Source of the DNA: Gemmatimonadales bacterium
Lineage (GTDB): Bacteria > Gemmatimonadota > Gemmatimonadetes > Gemmatimonadales > GWC2-71-9
Assembly: GCA_038321865.1 (NCBI GenBank)
Contig: JBBQFH010000002.1
Location: 32,001 to 96,000 of the forward strand
DNA length: 64,000 nucleotides
Direction of reading: 5' to 3'
Below, in pieces: positions 9,861 through 19,247 of the stretch. Each line of letters starts with the position of its first letter. Positions within the stretch are counted from its first letter, which is position 1. The notes under the pieces are model-generated. The model was not told where the DNA came from. It did not search any database and saw nothing but the letters and a program-made list of their open reading frames with translations. Made by a program: the position numbers and the translations under genes.

Positions 9861-10939
9861 CGTGACGCCAGCGCGGCAAGCGCCACCTGTATCTGCGCCG
9901 CCATGTCGCGGATCGACGCCACACGGTCGGCTCCGCCGGCCTGGGCCGCAGCGTTGGGCATGCCGTATACGGTGGAGCTTTCACGATCCTGCGCCAGCCC
10001 GAATCCGCCGGCATCGTGGATTGCCTTCAGTCCGTCGGCCCCGTCACGCCCGAGACCGGTAAGCACCACCCCGATCGCACCGGGGCCGAACGCAACGGCT
10101 ACCGAGCGGAACAGGGGGTCGGCCGCGGGTCGGACCCCCCAGAGCGTGGGGCCACGATCGAGCACGAGGCACAGACCGCCGTCCACCGCCGGCATGACCT
10201 GCATGTGAAAATCACCTGGTGCCACGTACGCGGTGTCCGCCAGCAGCGGCGTCCGATCCTCGGCCTCCACCACCGCGAGGCGACTCTGCGAGGCCAGCCG
10301 CTCGGCGAGGCTTCGTGTGAACTTCGGCGGCATGTGCTGGACGATCACGACCGCCGCGCCGCTGCCGAGCTGGAGGCGCGGAACCACTTCGGCGAGTGCG
10401 CGCGGGCCGCCGGTGGATGCGGCGATCGCCACGCAGAACCGCGCGCGTCCCGGCAAGGCGAACAACCGCTCGGGCGGCGCGTCGCTCCGCCCCGGGCGGG
10501 CCAGCACCGGCAGTCGGTGAATGTTGGCTTCGCTCGCGCCTCGAAGCGCCGCGAGGACCCGCTCGCCGAGGCGATGCGAGGCCTCTGCGCCGCGATCATC
10601 CTCCTTGGCGACCAGGTCCACGGCACCAAGCTCCAGTGCCCGAATGGCCCCGGCGGTCCCGGGTCCCGCGTAGGCACTGACCACGACGATGGGGCGCGGC
10701 GACTCCGACATGATGTAGCCGATCGCGCCCAGCCCGTCGAGCTCAGGCATCTCCAGGTCCATCAGCACGAGGTCGGGCGCAAGGCGATGCACCTTCTGGA
10801 GCGCGTCCATCCCGTTCCGCGCCGTGCCGGCGAGCGCGAACTCCGCAGACCCGGTGACGGCATCGCCGAGGACGTGGCGGAAGAAAGGACTGTCGTCCAC
10901 CACGAGGACGGTGCGGCGCTCAGAGTGACTGGATCCCAT
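9857..10939 (-). CDS. cheB: Protein-glutamate methylesterase CheB (REC + esterase)
   Basis: REC domain (VVDDS, MDLEMP); catalytic ASTGGP, QHMP and [13 protein letters not shown]. Confidence 0.96.
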   Translation of the reverse strand: MGSSHSERRTVLVVDDSPFFRHVLGDAVTGSAEFALAGTARNGMDALQKVHRLAPDLVLMDLEMPELDGLGAIGYIMSESPRPIVVVSAYAGPGTAGAIRALELGAVDLVAKEDDRGAEASHRLGERVLAALRGASEANIHRLPVLARPGRSDAPPERLFALPGRARFCVAIAASTGGPRALAEVVPRLQLGSGAAVVIVQHMPPKFTRSLAERLASQSRLAVVEAEDRTPLLADTAYVAPGDFHMQVMPAVDGGLCLVLDRGPTLWGVRPAADPLFRSVAVAFGPGAIGVVLTGLGRDGADGLKAIHDAGGFGLAQDRESSTVYGMPNAAAQAGGADRVASIRDMAAQIQVALAALASR

Positions 10940-11402
10940 GCGCCACCGAAGACACCTCGAGCCGGCCGTCCGCGACGTACAGCCGCACCGTCCGGCCGTA
11001 GTCGCCGCCGACTGACTCGCCCACCAGCGGAATGCCGTTGACATTGAGGACGTGCCGCGTCGCTACGACGTTGCGTTCTCCCATCTGGATGGCGCCATGG
11101 GGAGCGAGGTTCGCGAACATGCTGGCGCCTCCAGCGATGCGGGCGACGGTCCGCTTCGGATTGGCCCCGCCTTCGACCATGAGCGCCAGGAGCCGGGGCA
11201 CGGCCAGCTGGGGAAACTTGGCCGGATTATCCGCGTTCCGGCTGAGCGCCGGCGAGGGCAGAAGTATGTGAGCCAGGCCGCCGATCCGCGCGCTCGCATC
11301 ATGCAACGCGATCGCGACACAGCTGCCCAGCCCGACCGTGACGAGGACGTCGCCGGCGGTCCCGACATTCAGATCAGCGACCCGTACGATGATGTCGGTC
11401 AC
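10920..11402 (-). CDS. cheD: Chemoreceptor glutamine deamidase CheD
   Basis: [34 protein letters not shown]. Confidence 0.95.
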   Translation of the reverse strand: MTDIIVRVADLNVGTAGDVLVTVGLGSCVAIALHDASARIGGLAHILLPSPALSRNADNPAKFPQLAVPRLLALMVEGGANPKRTVARIAGGASMFANLAPHGAIQMGERNVVATRHVLNVNGIPLVGESVGGDYGRTVRLYVADGRLEVSSVAHGIQSL

Positions 11403-12220
11403 GCCGCGCGCCGATAAATGCGTTCCCGGGCATCCACCAGGTGGAGCCGATCCCGGGCCGGGCCGAGCAGCGTCTCGACCTTGCCCAGGACGAGGACACC
11501 GCCCGGAGAGAGCCGTGAAGCGAACGTGAGGAAAAGCCGCTCCTGCATCGGGCGATCGAAGTAGATCACAACATTCCGGCAGAGAATGAGGTCATAGGCC
11601 GGGCGAAGCGGCGGGTCGGCCCCGAGATCCAGGCGGCTGACCGTGACGCGGCGGATTAGCTCAGGCACCACACGATATCCTTCGGTTTCCGGCACGAGAT
11701 AACGCGCGGCCAGGTCGGCCGGGAGCTCGGTAATGGCGTCCGGGCGGTAGCGCGCGCTGACGGCGCGCTCCAGACTGGCGCGATCCACGTCGGTGGCGTC
11801 AATCTCCAGCCGGTCCAGCCGCTCGGCGTGCCCCGCGGCACGATCGGCCTCCGCGACGAGCATCGCCACCGTGTAGGCCTCTTCACCCGAAGCGCAGCCG
11901 GCGCTCCACGCTGCGATACGACCCTCGCGTGCGGCGACCAGCTCAGGCACGATCGAGCCGCGGAGCAGGTCCCAGGTTTCGCGGTTGCGGTAGAATCGAG
12001 TCACGTTGATGGTGAGCGCGTCACGCAGCCGCTCGCACTCCGGCGGCACGCGTTGGAGTACCGCGAGGTAATCCGTGTATGTGTGTACTCCGCAGGCGCG
12101 CATGCGCACGGCGATCCGCCGACGCAAACATTTGTCCTTGTAGACGTCGGGCGTGAGCCCGGCCGCGTCGGTGATCCGCCGCGAGAGGGCGGCGGTCAGC
12201 GCGTCGTCGGCGGCCGTCAC
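11399..12220 (-). CDS. cheR: Chemotaxis methyltransferase CheR
   Basis: TINVTRFYRN, WSAGCASGEEAY, ATDVD, DLILCRNVVIYFD. Confidence 0.96.
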   Translation of the reverse strand: MTAADDALTAALSRRITDAAGLTPDVYKDKCLRRRIAVRMRACGVHTYTDYLAVLQRVPPECERLRDALTINVTRFYRNRETWDLLRGSIVPELVAAREGRIAAWSAGCASGEEAYTVAMLVAEADRAAGHAERLDRLEIDATDVDRASLERAVSARYRPDAITELPADLAARYLVPETEGYRVVPELIRRVTVSRLDLGADPPLRPAYDLILCRNVVIYFDRPMQERLFLTFASRLSPGGVLVLGKVETLLGPARDRLHLVDARERIYRRAA

Positions 12221-13836
12221 GATTGCCGATCCAGCATGTCGAGATTGGCCCGCGCGAGCTGATGCCCTGGGTTCAGCTCGGTCGCGCGCTGCCAGCTCGT
12301 CCGGGCCCGGGCGGGGTCCCGCCGCTTGAACGCGATGTTGCCCATCTTGAAATACAGGTCATCGCCGAGATCCGGCGCGAGACGCGCCGCGCGCTCGTAG
12401 GCCTCGAACGCCTCATCGTAGCGCCCGCCCCGGTACAGCAGGTCGGCGAGATTCTTCGAGGTCTGCGGCAGCGATGCGTCTTCGGCCAGCGCGGAGCGCA
12501 GCATGATCTCCGCCGCGGCCACGTCACCGCCGAGCTCCAGCAGCACGCCGAGATTGTTCCGCAACACGGGCTCGGCCACGTGGGCCTCGACGCCGGCGCG
12601 CGCCAGGGCAACGGCCGAGTCCGCATCATCGCAACCCGCGGCGGCGAGCGTGGCGGCCCAGAACCACAGCGGCGGGGGCGTCCGGTCGCCATGCAGTTCG
12701 CGGGCGCGGGTCAACCGTGCCTGGGCGGTCTGAAAGTCACCGCGCTTGAGCGCCACCACGCTCCAGCCGGTCTGGATCCGGGCATCGTCGCGCGCGCGCC
12801 CGGCGGCTTCGCCGTACGCGGCTTCGGCCTCGTCAAGCCGCCCAAGCTGCTCGAGCGCGAACGCCAGGTTATGCAGCGCTGCCGGACGCGGGCCGCCGCG
12901 CTCGACCGCCTGCCGCAATGCATCCGCCGCCGCCTGCCACCGCGCCTGGCGAAGCGCGATGAGCCCCAGAAAGAACGGTGCCGTTCCCTCGGACGGCCGC
13001 AGATCGGCCACGCGCCGGAACTCCCGCAGCGCCTCGTCCAGCATGCCGGTCTTGTAGAACGCGATCCCGAGATTTCGATGCTCCTCGATCCTGCTGTCAT
13101 TCATCTTGGGCACCGCGGCCGCCGCCGATGAGCCGGCACGGTGGGCGAACCCTGCCGCAATCAGCCCGTAGAGCGCCTTGCCGACCTCGAACTCCACCAG
13201 CCCGGAATCTTCGACGACCTGCTGCACGTCGCGGGTTCCGTCCAGCAGCGGAAGCAGCCGCTGCTGGACGGCCGAGAGACTGACGCCGGCGGATTCCATG
13301 TGCGTCCGGTCAAGCGAAAAAATCAGGTCAAAGGAAGGAATCTTTTTGGCGATCAGGCTCCACTCGTCCACCCGGCGCGCGCCTTCGAGGAGCAGCGACT
13401 CGGCGTTGATCTGGACCAGGAAGTCTTCCCGTTCCGGCCGAACGCCCGCCTCGAAATTGAACGTCCCGCTCGACCAGGTGAACAGGTAGTACACGGCCTC
13501 CTCGATCTGGAGTCGCATGTACTCCTCGAGTGCCGCCCGTGGCAGCGCTCCCGACTCCACGAGCAGTTCTCCGAGCTTCCGCTCGCGGTCGACGCTCTGC
13601 GCCTGGACCGCCTCCTCGAGCTGTGCCGCGCTGATGCGGCCGCTCTTGACCAGGATATCTCCCAGCCGGTCACGCCGATTCACGATGGAGGCGTAGGAAA
13701 TACGCCCGGCATCGAAGTAGACGTAGCCGAAGTTCTGCCGGTCAGCCACGGCGAGGCAGCCGGTTCGGCGCCCCAATGTCAGCAGCTGAATGACATCCGG
13801 AAGGCTGGCCTCCTTGAGACTGCCCTTGATCGCCAT
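12217..13836 (-). CDS. DUF4388 + tandem MshEN-like motif + TPR protein
   Basis: GSLKEASLPDVIQLL...TGCL and LFTWSSGTFNF (DUF4388); RLGDILVKSG...KLGELLVESG; C-terminal TPRs. Start overlaps the upstream stop (TGATG). Confidence 0.85.
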   Translation of the reverse strand: MAIKGSLKEASLPDVIQLLTLGRRTGCLAVADRQNFGYVYFDAGRISYASIVNRRDRLGDILVKSGRISAAQLEEAVQAQSVDRERKLGELLVESGALPRAALEEYMRLQIEEAVYYLFTWSSGTFNFEAGVRPEREDFLVQINAESLLLEGARRVDEWSLIAKKIPSFDLIFSLDRTHMESAGVSLSAVQQRLLPLLDGTRDVQQVVEDSGLVEFEVGKALYGLIAAGFAHRAGSSAAAAVPKMNDSRIEEHRNLGIAFYKTGMLDEALREFRRVADLRPSEGTAPFFLGLIALRQARWQAAADALRQAVERGGPRPAALHNLAFALEQLGRLDEAEAAYGEAAGRARDDARIQTGWSVVALKRGDFQTAQARLTRARELHGDRTPPPLWFWAATLAAAGCDDADSAVALARAGVEAHVAEPVLRNNLGVLLELGGDVAAAEIMLRSALAEDASLPQTSKNLADLLYRGGRYDEAFEAYERAARLAPDLGDDLYFKMGNIAFKRRDPARARTSWQRATELNPGHQLARANLDMLDRQS

Positions 13837-15827
13837 CAGCGCCACTCCTCGATCAGGCGGGCGGCGACGTCGGGCCAGTCCCAGACCATCTTTTCCCGGC
13901 TGCGAATGCCGCCGGCCGTCGGTGCGAGCACGCCGCTGGACCGGGAGCCCGTCCGCCTGGGCGCGCGGATGACGGGGCCTTCGAGTACTTCACGTGCGAG
14001 CGCGGCTGTCGGGTGGGCCTGCTGCGCTTCGGCCGCGTTCAGCACCCGCTGGACCAGGCCGAGCGCGCTGCGCATCGAGTCGGCCGGCCGGGCGGCGATG
14101 TACGCGGCGAGCTCGGGATCCACACCATCGAGCCGCGCCCCCAGCAGCCGCTCGATGGCTCGCTGGCGCAGCTCCCGATCGGGTGCGGGGAGGTCCACCA
14201 CCAGACCACCCTCGAGCCTGGTCAGCAGCCGCGGCTCGACCCCGGTCAACTCCGCCAGCGGGAGCGCGCACGAGAAGACCATCTGCCTGCCCTGCTCCAG
14301 CAGGTGGTTGAACAGGAGGAACAGCTCGTCCTGGCTCCGGTCCTTGCCGGCGATGAGGTGGACATCATCAAGGAGGAGCGCATCCACCTTCCGGTACCGG
14401 GCGCGCCAGAGCGGAACGGCATTGCGATCGATCGCGGAGATCAGCTCCTCGATGAACTCGCTGGTGCCGAGGCAAGCCACGGTGCCTGCCGGTGCCAGCG
14501 CATTCCCGAGGCCATGCAGCAGATGTGTCTTGCCATTACCGCTCGCACCCACGATGACGAGCGGATTGTACTTCGCACCAGGCTCAGCGGCGACGGCCGT
14601 GGCGGCGCGTACGGCCATCCGGTTGGATCCGCTCTCCAGGACGTCGCCAAGCCTCCAGTGCGGCGACGGTCCCGGGGGGGCCGCCGCACCGGCCTGCGCC
14701 CGCTCCAGCAGCCCCGCCGCCGCCGCCACATCATCCGGATCCTGCAGCAGCGCCGACCCAGCGAGCTCGGGCGCGATGCTCGCGAGCTCGTCGGCGATCG
14801 AGCGAAGGCGGTTGACATCGGCCTCGAACGCTCTCAATGCTGCGTCGGGATCCGCGAGTGCGTCGTCGTTGAGCAGCGCGGCCAGCCGCGCGACGCGATA
14901 GCCCTCCCCTTCCCATCGCACCATGGCCTCGCCCACCCGCGAGCGCCACGACTCGACCTGGTGGGTGACCGTCGCGGACACCTCGAGCAGGAAATCGGCG
15001 AACTCGTCCCGCTCCTCCGGCGCCTCCGCTGGCGCGGGCTCCCTCTGCTCCGGCGACGGGTGCGGTGCTTCCGGCAGGGCGTTGGCCAGGCGAACGGCAT
15101 CGGGCGCGTCACGACCGCCCACGAGGAGGCGCGCCTGGCCGGCGTCGAGGAGATCAGGGCTGATCGCCTGGTAGGCGATGAGGCGGTTCAGCGCTCCGAT
15201 GAGCTCCCGGACGTTGTCGATGTCCACCGAGGCGACGGCTTCGAGCACGCCGGCGCCGAAGGCCGCACCGCGTGCTTCCGCCCGGCGCCGGAGAATGGCG
15301 ACCCGCGTCTCATAGTCGGGTGCCGAAATGTCGATCACGAGGCCGCCCGCAAAACGGCGAATCAGCCGTTCGTCGAGCGCCTCGATTTCCGACGGTGGAC
15401 GATCGCTGGTGAGCACGATCTGACGGCCCCCGCGCTGCAGCGTATCCACCAGTCGGAGCAGTTCCGCCTGCATCTCGCGTCGCTGACTCAGAAATTGCAC
15501 ATCGTCGAGCAGCAACAGCTGGGTGTCCGCGAATCGGTGGCGATACGCATCGCCCTGGCCGCCGGCCACGGCGGCATTGACCGCCTCGACCAGCTCGTCG
15601 AGCGTCAGGTATTCCACCGCCAGGCGGGGATCGATCGCGCGAGCGGCGTGACCGATCGCCATGAGCAGATGGGTCTTCCCCAGCCCCGGCCCTGCGTAGA
15701 TGAACAGCGGGTTGTAGCCGCTGCCCGGGGCCTCGGCCACGGCATGTGCCGCCGTCGCCGCCAGGCGATTCGAGGCGCCCACGACGAGTGTCTCGAAGCG
15801 GAATTGCTCCGGCAGCGCTCTGGTCAC
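13836..15827 (-). CDS. DnaA/Hda-family protein with two tandem DnaA-type AAA+ domains and no DNA-binding domain IV
   Basis: Two copies of SNR...YNPL...GKTHLL...LLLDDV...RLxxR(F/L)xGGLV; GTG start overlaps the mglA stop. Confidence 0.88.
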   Translation of the reverse strand: MTRALPEQFRFETLVVGASNRLAATAAHAVAEAPGSGYNPLFIYAGPGLGKTHLLMAIGHAARAIDPRLAVEYLTLDELVEAVNAAVAGGQGDAYRHRFADTQLLLLDDVQFLSQRREMQAELLRLVDTLQRGGRQIVLTSDRPPSEIEALDERLIRRFAGGLVIDISAPDYETRVAILRRRAEARGAAFGAGVLEAVASVDIDNVRELIGALNRLIAYQAISPDLLDAGQARLLVGGRDAPDAVRLANALPEAPHPSPEQREPAPAEAPEERDEFADFLLEVSATVTHQVESWRSRVGEAMVRWEGEGYRVARLAALLNDDALADPDAALRAFEADVNRLRSIADELASIAPELAGSALLQDPDDVAAAAGLLERAQAGAAAPPGPSPHWRLGDVLESGSNRMAVRAATAVAAEPGAKYNPLVIVGASGNGKTHLLHGLGNALAPAGTVACLGTSEFIEELISAIDRNAVPLWRARYRKVDALLLDDVHLIAGKDRSQDELFLLFNHLLEQGRQMVFSCALPLAELTGVEPRLLTRLEGGLVVDLPAPDRELRQRAIERLLGARLDGVDPELAAYIAARPADSMRSALGLVQRVLNAAEAQQAHPTAALAREVLEGPVIRAPRRTGSRSSGVLAPTAGGIRSREKMVWDWPDVAARLIEEWR

Positions 15828-16426
15828 TCGGCGACACCCCCGACGGCGAGCTTCCGAAGCACCAGCTCGGAGATCCCCTTCAGCGTCTCGAAGACGCCGC
15901 TTCCGTGCAGTGCATCGGCCGTGAAGCACTGTACGCCGCGAAAATTGAGGGCGTCGTCAAGCTCTTCCCGATTCAGCACCAGATCCGCCGGAAGGTCCTG
16001 CTTGTTGTACTGAAAGACGACCGGGAGCTGCCGCACGTCGACGCCCTGATCAAGAAGGTTCTCCTGCAGATTCTGCAGGCTCTCCAGGTTGTCCTCGAAC
16101 CGCCTCGCCTGACTGTCGGCCACGAACACCACGCCATCCGCGCCCTGCAGCACCAGCTTTCGGGTCGCGTTGTAGTAGCTCTGCCCTGGCACGGTATAAA
16201 GCTGAAAGCGCGTCGCGAACCCGGAAATCGAGCCGAGATCGATCGGCAGAAAGTCGAAGAACAGCGTGCGGTCGCCGTGGGTGGCCAGTGATACCATGCG
16301 CCCGCGCCGGGTCTCGGGAACGCGGCCGAAGATGTACTGCAGGTTAGTCGTCTTGCCCGACCGTCCCGGCCCGTAATAGACGATCTTGCAGGTGATTTCA
16401 CGCGCCGTGAAATTCACGAGAGACAT
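15824..16426 (-). CDS. mglA: Small Ras-like GTPase MglA
   Basis: [43 protein letters not shown] and QYNKQD match Myxococcus/Thermus MglA motifs, including the catalytic Arg and Gln. Confidence 0.95.
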   Translation of the reverse strand: MSLVNFTAREITCKIVYYGPGRSGKTTNLQYIFGRVPETRRGRMVSLATHGDRTLFFDFLPIDLGSISGFATRFQLYTVPGQSYYNATRKLVLQGADGVVFVADSQARRFEDNLESLQNLQENLLDQGVDVRQLPVVFQYNKQDLPADLVLNREELDDALNFRGVQCFTADALHGSGVFETLKGISELVLRKLAVGGVAE

Positions 16427-16429
16427 GGG

Positions 16430-16891
16430 TTACCGTCCGAAGAGCGCGCGAAGGCTCGCATTGAGGTCGTGCTCGAAGTTTTCTGCCAGGACCGGGCCAT
16501 GCGGCTCCGCCGGAGGTGCCGCCGCACCGATTTCCTCGGCAAACTGCTGGAAGAAGAGCTGGACGAGCCCGACCGAGGTGTCCGGGCCGAACACGACCAG
16601 GCCGATCCAGCGGCCGCGGGGCGTATCGAATCCGCTCAGCAGCATCCCCTGCTCCGCACCCTGGTGGACCAGCACGCCGAACCGTGGCGATCCCATGATG
16701 CGCGCCAGCTCCGCCGTCGACGCCATGATCGCGGCCCCGAGCGCGGCGGCGGACATGACATCGACCGAACGGGTGAAGCCGTGCTGGGCCACGACCTGTC
16801 CGGAAGTCGTCATGAGCAGGACAAGTCGGGCCGCCGATTCGTCGAGAAATCGCTCCAGTGGAGCGCCGACCCAACTTTCCAGCACTCGCAT
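16430..16891 (-). CDS. mglB: MglB-like Roadblock/LC7 protein (probable GAP)
   Basis: LLMTTSGQVVAQHG...LVVFGPDTSVGLVQL with an MglB-type C-terminal helix (DLNASLRALF); directly upstream of mglA. Confidence 0.8.
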   Translation of the reverse strand: MRVLESWVGAPLERFLDESAARLVLLMTTSGQVVAQHGFTRSVDVMSAAALGAAIMASTAELARIMGSPRFGVLVHQGAEQGMLLSGFDTPRGRWIGLVVFGPDTSVGLVQLFFQQFAEEIGAAAPPAEPHGPVLAENFEHDLNASLRALFGR

Positions 16892-17238
16892 CAGCCGAGC
16901 ACCCGGGCCGCTTCGAGCAGCTCCAGACGGGCCAGGCCCACGTTCGCCCCGCGGTCGGCGACCGCGACCACGAGCATGTCGTTGGGCGCAGGCACGGCCA
17001 GCAGCACTCCCTCCTCCCCGCGCAGATGCACCACACCGGGAACACCAAGGCCTGCGCTCGTGGTAGCGCGGCGGAGCCGGGCGCACAGGCTGGCGGCGAG
17101 CGCGGCAACCGCACGCCCATCCACATCCTCCATGGACACGTCGGCCACCACCAGGCCGTCGGAGGCGGATACCAGCATGACCCCGCGAATCCCCCGGACC
17201 GCGCTCACCCGGCGAAGCGCCTGCTCGTGCTGGCTCAT
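16891..17238 (-). CDS. Roadblock/LC7 domain protein
   Basis: VRGIRGVMLVSASDGLVVA...AVAALAASL...ANVGLARLEL, a typical Roadblock pattern. Confidence 0.88.
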   Translation of the reverse strand: MSQHEQALRRVSAVRGIRGVMLVSASDGLVVADVSMEDVDGRAVAALAASLCARLRRATTSAGLGVPGVVHLRGEEGVLLAVPAPNDMLVVAVADRGANVGLARLELLEAARVLG

Positions 17239-18104
17239 GAGAGTCCCTCGAGCCATCGGCGAGCGGCCTGTGCCGCGCGGTCTGCCAGCAAAGCCAGCCG
17301 GCCGGCCGGCACCCCGATGTCGCGCACAGTGAGCAGCACCGTCTCCGGAGTGGGCGCCACCAGGTGCATGTTGCCGTCAGGACACTCCACCGACACGCTC
17401 TGCCAGGCGCCGAGGCCGAGCAGTCGTCCGGCGCGGGCGGCCTCGCGGGACACACCGGCAAGATGGGCCGCGACAGTGTCGGCGACATCGGTGCCATCGC
17501 CATCCCGCAGGCCGCCGCCGAGCCGCAGGCCATGCTGATCGAGCAGCAGGAGCCCATCGCGCGCGCCTTCGAGTCCGGCAAAGAGCTCGGCATCATCGGG
17601 CAGCGACGAATCGACGTCCAGCGAGAAGGGCATCGGGGGCGATGCAGTCGCCACGCTGTCCTCCGCGCGCGGCTGCGTCTGCGGCGGGACCGGTTCCGGA
17701 GCGGTCGAGGCGGCGCGCATGCGCAGGATCGCGGCGGCGAGGCCGGCATCAGCCGCCGCACCCGCGGCGGCGGCTTCGAGGTGCCGAAGCGCACGGGGCG
17801 CGTCGCCGGCCCGATAGTAGAGAAAGCCGAGGCCCTTGTGCGCACTGCGATCAGCCGGGTCGAGGCGCAGCGCCGTCATCCAGCCGTCGAACGCCGCATC
17901 GCCATGGCCGGCATCGGCCAGGATCCGCGCGTGCAGCGAATGCGCCTCCGCCATGTCCGGGTATCGTGCCAGCCCGTTCGCCGCGACCGTCAATGCCGGC
18001 CCCAGCTGGCCGCGTTGCCGCAACAACTCGGCCAGGTCGAGAAAGGCGAGACTCGACCCGTCGGCGGCGAGCTGTGCGGTCAGCGTCCGGACGTCGTCAC
18101 TCAT
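17235..18104 (-). CDS. TPR-Roadblock fusion protein
   Basis: N-terminal TPRs, a Pro-rich linker, and a C-terminal Roadblock-like domain (GLLLLDQHGL...VAAHLAGVS...VPAGRL). Confidence 0.8.
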   Translation of the reverse strand: MSDDVRTLTAQLAADGSSLAFLDLAELLRQRGQLGPALTVAANGLARYPDMAEAHSLHARILADAGHGDAAFDGWMTALRLDPADRSAHKGLGFLYYRAGDAPRALRHLEAAAAGAAADAGLAAAILRMRAASTAPEPVPPQTQPRAEDSVATASPPMPFSLDVDSSLPDDAELFAGLEGARDGLLLLDQHGLRLGGGLRDGDGTDVADTVAAHLAGVSREAARAGRLLGLGAWQSVSVECPDGNMHLVAPTPETVLLTVRDIGVPAGRLALLADRAAQAARRWLEGLS

Positions 18105-19245
18105 GCGCCGTCCGGGTTCCTTCCACAAGCGTCATCGCCGCGGCACGGAGGCGGCTCACCGACCCACCCAATGCATCCTCGGCCGGTGGTCTCGCATCCA
18201 GGCGGCTCCACGCATCCCAGGACTCCACGGCCTGCTCCAGCTGGCCGGCCCTCGCCTGGCACACGCCGAGCATCCTTCGCGCGGGAGCCAGCATCGGATC
18301 GATCCGCAGGGACTCCTGAAATGCATCCCCCGCTTCACCGTGCCGCCCGGAGGCGAGCAGGGCGCGTCCAAGCGTGACATGAGCCTCCGCATGGTCGGGC
18401 CGCGCCGCGACGACGTCGAGTGCGGCCACGCGAGCCGCCTCCGGATCTCCGGCGGCGAGCGCCGTCCGGGCGCGGAGCAGCAGCTCGTTCAGCTCGGCCC
18501 CGATCGGCGCGGGCGCCAGGGCGCGGCGTGGGTCATCCAGGACGATGACCCCGGCGGCGGCGAGGCCGAAGAGCGTCCGCGCGATTTCGAAATCCGAGCG
18601 CCCGACCGCAGCCGCGACGCCGTGTACATCGCGGGTGCCGTCGACGGCGCCAAGCACTTGCCATTCCGCCGGCAACAGATCAAGCCGTGTGGTGCCGCCG
18701 GCATCCGGCGGCACCAGCTCCGGCACCATCCCCAGATGCGGAATCCGGCTCTCGATGCGCGCCCACTCGTCGATCCGCCGCGCAGCCTCCATCAGCAGCG
18801 CCTCGGTGGGGATGCGCACCTGGCCGGGCCCGGAAGGCGCCGGCGGCGTTTCCGAGAAGGAGAAGTAGCCTTCGGACCAGCTCATGAGCTCGAAGATTAC
18901 CTCCTCGACCTGCGCCCGTGCCTGACGTTCCAGCTCCCGGCGGCCGACCGCACCCATGGCGAGCAGGATGTCGCCGAGGCGCCGGCCGTCGCCCCCCTCC
19001 TGCATCGCCAGGGCCCTCGCAAAATCCTCCTCGCTCAGCTTGCCGCTTCGCAACAACAGCGTCCCCAGCGGATGCGGATTGGTGCGGATCTCGGCCGCGA
19101 CCACCCCGCCCTGCTCGAACTGCACGGTTCCGGCGTTCTGCCTGAGGTCCGACGTGATCCGCAGCGTGCCGGTCTTCCGCGCCAGATCGAGCAGCTGGAA
19201 GACATCGTGAATCGACAGCTCCTTGAGCGGGCCTTCGATCGGCAT
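18097..19245 (-). CDS. DUF4388 + tandem MshEN-like motif + TPR protein (paralog of 12217-13836)
   Basis: GPLKELSIHDVFQLL...KTGTL, LMSWSEGYFSF, LLMEAARRIDEW; RLGDILLAMG; C-terminal TPRs. Confidence 0.85.
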   Translation of the reverse strand: MPIEGPLKELSIHDVFQLLDLARKTGTLRITSDLRQNAGTVQFEQGGVVAAEIRTNPHPLGTLLLRSGKLSEEDFARALAMQEGGDGRRLGDILLAMGAVGRRELERQARAQVEEVIFELMSWSEGYFSFSETPPAPSGPGQVRIPTEALLMEAARRIDEWARIESRIPHLGMVPELVPPDAGGTTRLDLLPAEWQVLGAVDGTRDVHGVAAAVGRSDFEIARTLFGLAAAGVIVLDDPRRALAPAPIGAELNELLLRARTALAAGDPEAARVAALDVVAARPDHAEAHVTLGRALLASGRHGEAGDAFQESLRIDPMLAPARRMLGVCQARAGQLEQAVESWDAWSRLDARPPAEDALGGSVSRLRAAAMTLVEGTRTAHE

Positions 19246-19247
19246 GG

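Noticed and set aside
13836..15827. Calling this gene the chromosomal dnaA, with oriC nearby
   Set aside because: No domain I or IV, no dnaN/recF/gyrB neighbours, and no AT-rich intergenic region or DnaA-box cluster seen.
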